Assembly (NCBI GenBank): GCA_009602735.1
Contig: WELA01003444.1
Location: 95,150-135,471, forward strand
From: Mesotaenium endlicherianum
Lineage: Eukaryota
Reading direction: 5' to 3'
Length of the DNA stretch: 40,322 nt
This document shows positions 11,316 to 21,400 of the stretch, piece by piece; within the stretch, counting starts at the first letter, position 1; the number at the start of each line of letters is the position of its first letter. The position numbers and the translations under genes are program-made. The notes below the pieces were generated by a model. It was not told where the DNA came from. It saw only the letters and a list, made by a program, of their open reading frames with translations, and searched no databases.

Positions 11316-13192
11316 TCAAGACGAGATTGGCCCCGTGAAGCCTGTCACGTAGAAAGCTGCGACCCCAATGGCAAGGAAAGATGCCGCCTTATTGAGCAGA
11401 AGCATGGGAGTCCGGGCAGTCAGTGCGCGCGCGAGGTTGATGACCATCGGACCGAGGGAGTGGAGAATCGAAAGCGTGACTACGTCCGCGTTCTCCAGGA
11501 GCTGCGCCAGATTGACAAGTCATCTTGTTAGGATGTGATGGAGAACCCGAACTCAGACAGCTGGATGGGGAGACCGACCCTTGATCCTGTTCACACTACG
11601 ACTCCGCCAGCTGGACGGGAGACCCTGTTTACACCACGACTTGCAACGTGGAAGCTCCTCCCTCAATCAAGGCACCAAACTCCTTCTCCTCTTCCTCTTG
11701 ACCTTTTTCTATCCACATCGTTTGGGCAGGAAACAGCGCCAAGCATTGACCAGAATTTTTTTACAAGTGCACAAAAACACGTATCTAGTGCAAGGATGTA
11801 GGCGCTCGCAAAGTCGGCTCACGAAAACTGCACAGATCCAAACACGTTCACACGCGGAAGCAAACACACACCTGAAATAGCATGAAGCCGTGAAAGAAGT
11901 GACCAATGCCGCCGACGGCAATCCACGTCGCCAGGTGCCACGTCAGCAGGCTGGGTGGCGACGACCACGTCAGCTCAGCCTGCGCGCTCTCCCAGCCACC
12001 ATTAGCTTGACACGTGGCATGGCGTCAGCCCGCATGCTTGCATAGCCTGTGATGCATCTCATAGCCTGGACATATGCCACCTGCCACTCACTTCCCCCCC
12101 CCCCCCGGTCGGGCCCGGGCTTTAGCGCGGCAATCGGCACCTGAGATTCGCAGCCGAGCGATTGCCGGTTGTGAGATCTAAAGAAAAGAACCTATCGGCG
12201 CCGATGCCTCATAACTCCATTTGCGTGTCGATGTACCCAACACACCTCACAAAGGGAAAAGACAGACGATTGACGACAGACGACAGACGAAGGAGGACAG
12301 ATGGCTGCACCACAGCAGCCACACACATCATCCGCAGCCGCAGCCAGCTCGCAGACCCGCAGCCGAGCCATCCCCCAGGCCCAGACTCTCTCTCTCTCTC
12401 AGAGGCCCTCAAGTGAGCTCTGCAGCTGCTCTGCACATGCGCGCAGGCAGCGGCCTGACCTCCACTCCCGCCCTCTGCAACTGCGGCAGCGGCTGCAACT
12501 GCGGCTGCCCGCGCACTCTCGTGAGTTGCGGGGCTTTTACATTCGCACGCTTGCTCACCCTTAGCTAGACTTCAAAGCGCTTGGGGGGAGGTGAAAATGT
12601 CCATCGAAAGGAGGACAGCGCTGGCTGGAAGGAGGGGAGGGGGGGGGGGGGNNNNNNNNNNNNNNNNNNNNNNNNGGGGGGGGGGGGGGATTTCCAGTCA
12701 CCGATAAGTTATGACATTCTTATCATACGCATATACGTATAGCCATTTTTACATTTGTCTCACACGCATACGTCCAAATAAGAAGGTCCACTTGTATCTG
12801 AGAATGCACCTATTACACGCGCACACATACACACGCATACAGGTGCACATGTGTAAGCATACCCAACGCATGAATATACACACGCGCACACCCACACGCA
12901 CACACACACAAACACGTTTGTGATGACTGCGCATCATGCCACAGACACTTGCCAAGCGAGCACAACGACACACCACACACGCGCACACCTACAAGCATCA
13001 CACGCAGAGGAGTTTGTGCGCCCGCATACACCCCAGAAGGCTTACCTTGGCAGCAGAATAAACATGCATGCATCAGTGTACAGATCGACAGACACACGCA
13101 CGCCATTACAGCAACACAGCACACACACACACACACACATGTATACACACACACACACATGTACACACACATGCATAGGTGTGTCTATATAT

Positions 13193-13232
<40 letters not shown>

Positions 13233-16200
13233 AACACATGCGATAATCATACACACGATGTATGCCTATGCACCAGCACACTCCCGGGGGAGGCTCACCT
13301 TGTCCAGGCGCGCACCCTGCCGCGCGCGGCGGGCGCCAAAGCCCCCCTCCGCCAGCAGCGCGAGGGCGACAGCTGGCAGCGCCGCGTGCAGCGCAAGGAT
13401 GGAGTACAGCGTGCCCCCCCCCAGCTGCTCTGCCGACCGCACAGGTAGCGAGAGGAGATGAAAAGCGCAAGGGGCCCGGGGGAGAGGGAGNTGGTTTGGA
13501 GGAATGGCGAGTGAGCAAAGGGGTGCAAGTTTGTCTGCTTGCCAGGTAGCCTCTCCGTTGCTCGCATCTCGTTCGTTCGCTCTTGCATCGCTCACTCGTG
13601 CCACCCCCTTTTCATTCTCTTCAGACTTTCTTCCGCGTTGCCTCTGTTTCGCTCCAGTCTTGCTCCTGTCTCTTTCCTGTCCCTCTCCTGTCCCTCGTCT
13701 GTCCTTCTTCTGTCCCTCTTCTGTTTCGCTTCTCGGTTTCAGCTGTTCTTTTGCTTTCTTTTTGCTTCTTTTCCGCTCTACCCTCAGGGACCACGCTGGA
13801 TGTTTGATCCGCTCTCATTCTGGAGTTAAAACGTGCACTCGTACCCCAAGCAAGGTCAAAACATAACACCAGAATAACATTAACATGAACATAAAAGACC
13901 AAAATAAAAGACCCAAATATAGTTACCTGTTAGCTTAACAGGCCACCCGCATAACCGAATTGGCAAACCTTTTCCATTCACATGAAGAAAATATGCATGT
14001 GTAGCATCAACGAGGAGAATTCCATCGCATCTTACCCCCCTTCTTCCTGCCACATATGTCACAAGATTAGAGGGAATCCACGCACACGCGCGCGCGCACA
14101 CACACACACACACGCACACACATACGCGCGCACACACACGCAAGCACGCGCACACACGCAAGCACGCGCACACACGCACAGGGAAGAGAACGGGACCATG
14201 GAAAGGCAACACATGGCAGAGAGGCAGGGAGCAGCGCAAGCGGAGCTTTAACGCACGAGCGCGGCGTGCGCCACATGGGCTGGCAGAAATGACAGATGGC
14301 AGGCACAACAAGAGGCGGCAGGGCAGCGAGAGGTGGCAGGGCGGCAACAGGTGGCAGCATCACAGACCTCAGGCAGCGCAGCAAACACTCCCTGCGCGCT
14401 CAGGTTGCGAAGGACCAGGCACGCAGTCCCCACGAGGACAGCTGGCAGGCCCTGGGCGCTCGGCCCGAGGGGCCGCCGTCCGACGGCTGCCACCGAGCTC
14501 AAGACCACGACAGCTGTCACGAGCAGCCACGAGCTCACGCTGCGAAATTTGAATCGCCGAATCACCGAAGCACACACGAGCGAAACCGGCACGGCAGGCG
14601 AGTCGGAAAAAAAAGAGGATGAGGATGGGATGAGGATGAGAGGATGGGTCTTCCGGCGAGGCAAGGAGGGCTGCGAGGGAGGCGCTAAAAAAATAAACTG
14701 GGGGGGGGGGGGNNNNNNNNNNNNNNNNNNNNNNNNNNNNNNNNNNNNNNNNNNNNNNNNNNNNNNNNNNNNNNNNNNNNNNNNNNNNNNNNNNNNNNNN
14801 NNNNNNNNGGGGGGGGAGGGACCCACCAGCCGAGCCCTCTGGAAGGAAACAAAACAGAACAAATCGAATCGCGGGGGGAGGGGCCTGGAGAGAGAGAAGA
14901 ACGGCAGCAGGAGGGCAGCAGCAGCAGCAGCAGAGCGGCAGACTGTGTGTCTTAAGTTTCCCAGCAAGCCGAGGCAACACACCACAAGGCACATCGCCTT
15001 CCTCCAGAGCAGATAGGCGTGGAACTTATTGGAAGTACGGGGTCTATGGGAATTGTTGGAACAGTTCAGCTGCCTCGCCAGCGGAGACGACAGAACGGGG
15101 GGTCGTATCCCCTTCCTTGAGAGCAGATTGTCTTACAGATTCTTAGTACATATAAGAATATGTTCAAGAATAGAAGAAGGCTATTCGACAATGTACAGTA
15201 ATATGAGAGGAATTGGACCCAATCGGGCGCAGAATTGGAAGAGGAGGTGACACTGTCGCCTGCGGCAAAAGAGAGGCAGTAGTTGGGTTCCCCCCCCCCT
15301 CCTCTTTATCTGCTTTGAGAGCCCAGAGGAGAGAACTCCCCGACGGCTTCCACTCATACATGGAGGATGAAGAGGATCGAGGGTTTTGAGACTTATGGCG
15401 TTGGCTTAGGAGTCCAGAGGTAGGAGAGCAAGCTGCTCCGTCCGAGCGCGCAATTTTTGACAGCACGGCCTTTCGCCGGTTCTGTCGACGTCGTCGTTGC
15501 CGTCACTGTCAGTGTATCGGCATCAGCTCCATCATCATTATTGAGCATCATCAGTGCTCCCAACGTGACTGCAGTCACTCCCTCGCCGTTGTTCTCGTCT
15601 TCGTTTCGCATCTTCACTACCGTCATACTCGTCGTTGTTATTATTAGCGCTTTATTAGCGCTCCCGTATCACATCAGTATCATCACTAAGGATCAGTCCA
15701 GTCACCAGCACCATCCTTATCACCACCACCACCACCACCACCACCACCATCACCGGCACAGACCTTGTATGCATCGACTCGGTTTGTATTTATCTGCAGG
15801 GTCAAGGCGAGAGGGGGAAAGACCCAGAGGGGGCAAGGGGGGATGAGGGGTTGACACGTGGCGGCGTACCCAAAGGAGCCGCCCAGCAGAGCGAAAGCTA
15901 GGGCCGAGATCAGCGGCTCAGATGCCCTCGCCATGTGGACGCAGGGGTTGTCCAGGCTGGCGAGCGCGCGCGCGCTCGCCAGGTGGGCGACCACGTGGAA
16001 GACGGTAGGCATCACGAGGAGGGCCGCATATCTTCCGACAGCTTGCCACGAGGACTGCTCCAGGCGCGACAGGCGGACGGCAGCACAGGCTGCCCCCGCC
16101 ACGAGCTGTCCCTCCTCCACGTCCACGTCAGCCCATGCATCGTCAGCCAACCATCGCATGCTCAAAATGTCCACATCGTGCTTACTGTGTGCGCACATGC

Positions 16201-17969
16201 ATGCATGCATGGAATGCCAGCGCCAGTGCCAGCGCCGGCGGCAAGCCACTGCCGCGTTTCTAAATCCCTTTACAATAAACTTAAACCCCAGCCCCACCCT
16301 GCCCTCACCTGAAGCCCCAACCCTAGCCCCAGCCCCAGCCCCATTGACACCTAGTCCTCTCTAGCCCCCGCTCCACGGCTCGCGTGGCAGTAGGCCAGCC
16401 CTGGCACTCCCTACCTCAATCATATTTCAGTTTCAACTACAAACTTAAGCTCCCCCAAGTCTGTGCCTCCCCCCCCCNNNNNNNNNNNNNNNNNNNNNNN
16501 NNNNNNNNNNNNNNNNNNNNNNNNNNNNNNNNNNGGGGGGGGGGGGGAGGGAACTGGGTTTGAAAGCTGCTGTCGTCCCCTTCACTATGATTGTGCCCAC
16601 ACTCGCGCGCACACATGCACGCAGAGGGAAACACCCCCTCCTCCTCCCCCTGCCCTCCCCCTCCCCCTCGGAAGGAAGGCAAGCGGTCTTCACATCAGAG
16701 GGATGAAGTCGGGGGCTCGGCCGAATCCTGCAGCTCTTGTTGCATCTACCTGGCGGCGAGATAGGTGTCCACTATAGCCCACTGCGTGAAGAGCATGCAG
16801 AGAATGTGGAAGCCGGGGAAGAGCCGCCAGGCAGACTCCAAAGCTGGTGTGAACAAGTGCTAGTGACAGCTGGCGGGCGGCAGCTGGAGGGTGGCAGCTA
16901 GCCAGGGACAGCTGCTGCAGCTGGTGAATGGGGGTGTGGTTGTGCACCCTTGGAGTGATTTCCTGATGTCGCTCTCTTCAAGTTGTTCTCGTCTGCTTAC
17001 ATTCTTGCGAGCAGGTGAGTTGGTGCTAACAAGCTTGTTCAGATTTCAGATTCCGGAGAAAGGTGGAGGGCAGAAGAAGGGGGAAGGGCGGAAAGGGGGG
17101 AGGGGTGAGGTGGAAACGGGTGAGGAGGGAGTGGGGAGGGGGTTGTGAAAAAGGCTAAGTGAAGTTTGGCGCTCTTATGAAGCATAGTGCTTACATGCCG
17201 GAGCAAATTTAAGAGTGGGCGGGTTGTGGATGTGATGGATTGTCTCCCTTATGCCACTAACCTGAAGAGAGGCAACAGTCATTGGTCGCGGGAACAAGCT
17301 CCTTGCCTTCTGAGTGTATTGCAAGTGCAGAGCTTGGAAAAAGTACCACAAAGAGGCCATGGCACTCGCTTCAATCGCCGGCGCCATCATTGCCAGCGGA
17401 GCTAGCTCAGGAGGAGGGGAGGAAGGCTGAGGTGGAGGTGGAGATGGAAGCTGAGAATCGGAAGGAGGGGAAGGAGAGGTGGAAGACGAACGGGAAGTAG
17501 AAGGAGAGGAGGGAGAAGGAGAAGTACCAGAAGTAGAGCGAACGGAAGAAGAAGAAGAAGGAGAAGAAGGAGAAGAAGGAGAAGCAGGAGATGTACTAGA
17601 CGAAGAAATAGAAGAAGAAGGAGACGAAGAAGGAGAAATGGAAGCTGAGTGAGTGGAAGCCCGGATGAGACTACTGCTCCTTCCAGAAACAGACCTCCTC
17701 TGGAAGTATTCTAATGGCAGGCATGCATGGCGACGCAGGCCAACCCGGCAGCTCTTGTAGCCGTGGGATGAAGCATGCAGAGAGCCAACGGAGATGATAG
17801 AGGGCGGATAGTCTCCACCAAAGCTCCTGCTGGGGCTTCTAGAGGAGAAACAGACAGGGGCGCAACAAATGTTATCCCTGGCTGCTGCTGATTTACTCAA
17901 TCCCCAGTCACACGCACCATGAACGCCTAGAAGCGAAGCTGGCGAGCTTGAGCATAACAGCAAAGCCAT
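11316..17969 (-). CDS. Divergent plastid phosphate translocator (TPT/PPT/GPT, DMT superfamily)-like protein, 511 aa. join of minus exons 17969-17262,16105-15870,14539-14368,13424-13299,11979-11872,11501-11316
   Basis: Transit-peptide-like N-terminus, Ser/Pro linker, then blocks colinear with the neighbouring GPT: LWYFFQALHLQYTQKARSLFPRPMTVASLQ/LVAG..PTVFHVVAHLASARALASLDNPCVHMARASEPLIS/..GLPAVLVGTACLVLRNLSAQG/LGGGTLYSILALHAALPAVALALLAEG/WIAVGGIGHFFHGFMLFQ/LLENADVVTLSILHSLGPMV..LNKAASFLAIGVAAFY. All junctions are GT-AG and in phase, with no internal stop. Confidence 0.85.
12821..13228 (+). repeat. CA/TA-rich microsatellite tract in an intron (similar CA tract at ~14080-14180)
   Basis: Interrupted (CA)n and (TA)n runs. 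Confidence 0.85.
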
Positions 17970-18427
17970 CTATATGTTATGTGTCAATAAGGAGCGGACG
18001 TCTCGCATCATCTCGTTGGGGAACAATGCGACCTGCTGAGCCCCCACTGCTTGAACTCCTCGGTTCCCATTCTTGTGGCGCGTGGATGCTATTGGAAAAT
18101 ATATACGTCTCTTCTGCCCTCTGCGTTAATTGATGAGGTAAAACCAAGCAAAGCTGACGGTTCTTCAGTATAGTGACGTTTCAGAGCAGGAGCGTAAGAA
18201 TGCACAGGATGAAGACCGCAACGTACTTGAAATCTTCAGTCTGACGTGGCCTGACGGCTCGTCCCAAAGCTTTGCAAGCATTGCTCTGGTGCCAGTTGCA
18301 TTGGAGTTGCTGACAATCAACGAAACTCAGTGATGCATCTTACGAGCCATAGGAATAGACTGGAATAGACATCCTGAGGAGGGGCAGAGGATATCAATCC
18401 CATAGATTTTAAGTTTGACCTAGCCTC
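17970..18427. promoter_or_regulatory. Compact 458-bp region between divergent start codons (translocator-like gene and RCC1 gene); probable bidirectional promoter
   Basis: ATG at 17969 (minus) and ATG at 18428 (plus). Confidence 0.5.
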
Positions 18428-21400
18428 ATGCAGAAGCTGGATCAAGTAGTCTGGAGCTGGGGTGCGGGGACAGGGGGACAGCTGGCGCTGGGCCATTTGG
18501 ACGACCAGCATTCCCCTCAGCTAGTGACGAGCCTGTCTGGTCTAGGCCTCAGCCACGTGGCATGTGGGGGCAGCCATGCTGCTGCAGTGACAGGTTGGTG
18601 TTTGTCTTTAAGTGACAAATTAAAACGCCTTGGAATGTTAGAATGCTCACAAAGGCAAGGAAGTGGCTTGGAAGTATGATAGCGACGCATTGGAGATATA
18701 ATAGCGACACATTGGAGATATGATAGCGATGTGTTGGAGATATAATAGCGACGCATTATTTAATTATGATCTGAAGAAGAAGTAGAAGAACCCTTTGCGG
18801 CACTCGGAGCACAAATTGTACTCTGAAGTTGTATACCAGCTCTTCAAATTATGACATGGGTTCCCGATGTAATTGGTTAGTATTTCCAAAATCATGTACG
18901 CGCTTCTCTGTGTATCGGTGAGAGTTTAGACAAGGGGGCGTTTCTCTGTGTTACTTGCTTGACGGCTTCTCATGAGCTGCCTTAACAGACCGAGAGCAGC
19001 GTACGCTCAATCATAGGTAGCTCAGCACAACTTCTACTTCATGGCTGAGGAGGAAAAGGGGCCGTGACAGAAAAAAGGGGGGACCAGAAGAGATGGGGTC
19101 GAGGTGGGAAGGCGCCAGGGGCAGGGTGGGGAGAAGAGGGAGGGGTGGGGGCGGGGGTTCGCGGAGAAGCCCACAACGTCGCACTCAAGTCTGATTCCTG
19201 CCGTGTTATAGCTCTTCGAGAGCTTCCGGAGGACTAGGGGCTAGGGTTGGGGCTGGGCTGGGCTTAGGGTTTTGAATGGAAAGAAGCGTTTGTTTATATC
19301 GCAATGTCAGCCCTGCTGGCATGGGAGCGACGAGGGGCGTGTTAGACTGCCATGTCACTCTGCATGTCATTTTTTTTCCTTTTTCTATGTTTCTTTTCAT
19401 TTTATTTTTTTGCATATGCACCTGTTGACTGCAGCTGCTGCCTCATATGCAGATCAGAGTCTTTGAACCTTCATATTGCACTAAGCATGCCATGGCAGGG
19501 GTTATAGAGGGACAAGGGTTTAGTGCTAGGGTTTTGCATGGGGGGATACTCTACATGTTCAACCAAGACAGGGTTGGGACCCTTCAGGTCATGGATAGGA
19601 GTGGGGTCAGGTTGGGTTTGGGTTACAGCTATTTTTGGAATCAGGGTTAGGGGTCAGGTTAGAGGTTTGCAAAAGCCGAAGAATTGTTGTTTCCAAGAGA
19701 GTGAACAATATTATTTTCTCCGATGGAATATCTACATGTCTGGTGTGGGCAGAGGAGGGACAGGTGTTCACGTGGGGAGCAGGCCACTCAGGTGCGCTGG
19801 GAGATGCTGACACCTGTTTGCGGCCTCTGCCCAGACAGGTGGCAAGCCTGGGGGCTCAGAGAGTGTGCCAAGTGGCAGCTGGGTGGGGCCACACGGCATT
19901 TTTGACGAGTGAGTTGCAGTCACAGGCTTTATGGACTCTCGTCATAGTAGCCCCATGTCCTCAGCCAATGAGATCATATGCATATATTACATATATGTAT
20001 CCACAACGCTATATTTCAACAGATACGTAGACACTATGCCCGCACATGTATGCATTCATGCACATGTAATCTTCAATACACATGTACTTATTTGCATATA
20101 CATGTACTTACATGCATTTTCATGTATATGTGGAAGGGTGCGTACATATGCCTATGTATATATATGTATGGACATTCGTGTGCGCGTATGTGTGAAAAAT
20201 GGCTATATACACATATGTGCGTACATCTATGTAGAACTACATGTTTGTATAGGTCAAGAATTATCTTTTTCATCTTTTCTTTATCACATGTTCAAAATAA
20301 TCGACATACTCGCACTATTGACACATCAACTCCTTCATTTATATGCGAATAGGTGTTGGCCACGTGTACACGTGTGGAGACGGCACATTTGGCCAGCTGG
20401 GCTTGGGGGACCTCGCCGCCCGCTCCCTGCCCTGCCAGGTGGCATCCCTGAAGGACGTGCACGTGGACCAAATAGCTTGCGGCCTGCGCCACACGCTGGC
20501 GCTTGGAACTGCAGGTGACTGGACGTCCCCAACACACTCCTACCAATAAAGTAAATGTGTGAAAAGGGATTCTTCGTCTTCCTTCTAAAGGATTGTTGAA
20601 TACTTACATGTTTCTATCTGTACATATGTCACTGTGACTACATATGATTAGTATATACAGTTACATCCTAACGATTGTCAGAAATATGCATATGCATGTG
20701 TTGGCCTGTCTCCTCACCCAGCCTCGTTCAGTGCCTGAGCAGGAGGGCTCGCCACCTGTCGTGTTCTCGTGGGGAGCCTCCCGGCGCGGCCAGCTGGCAT
20801 CCTCTCTGGCTCCTGCAGGTGCTGCCTCCACGTCCGCCACATCAGCACTGCTGCCGCAGCAAAGGGCTGAGAGAGTGCCATCTGTGCAGCGGCCGGTAGC
20901 CCACGTAAATGACATATCAGCGTCTGACGATGTCCTGCGTCCAGCTGGCACCTTGACAGAATCTTCCAGTTCTTCTGCAAGCAAGCTGGAGGTGACACGT
21001 GCTCTAGTAGAAGGGCCCAGTGACAAGCGGCCACCGCGCCCTTTGTCGGTTCCTGCCAGCATGCCAGCTGGCGGCTTGGGAAAGCAGCCCTGGCCTGTGC
21101 GTGTGGAGGGGCTGGGCCAGGTGCGACTGACAGGTGTTGCGGCGGGTGGGGACCACTCGGGGGCCCTCACAGGTGCGACTAACTCTTGCCTGGCTGCCTG
21201 CCACCCAGCCACGTCCCCGATTGAAGAAATATTTATAAAACCTTCACGCTTGTTGTTTGATTTGTGCCACCTGCACACCATGGCTGCACCGTGCGTCTCA
21301 GCATCTATCCAAGTGACGTCGTCTCCTTTCCGTGCTTCTTACAGCGTTTGCCATGGGACTGACTCTGGATCTGCTCCTGCTTTTTTTTTTGGCCCTTCCC

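Noticed and set aside
11920..12020. Cluster of ACGT/G-box (ABRE-like) motifs
   Set aside because: Mostly explained by Thr-Trp codons (ACG TGG) in the minus-strand exon 11979-11872; not near a promoter.
18676..18757. CRISPR-like repeat array
   Set aside because: Direct tandem units without spacers, in a eukaryotic intron, with no cas genes.
18858..18890. tRNA/SINE-like fragments (A-box-like here, GTTCGATCCC at ~37789, ACTCTGGACTCAGAA at ~5709)
   Set aside because: No cloverleaf or correctly spaced A and B boxes could be built.
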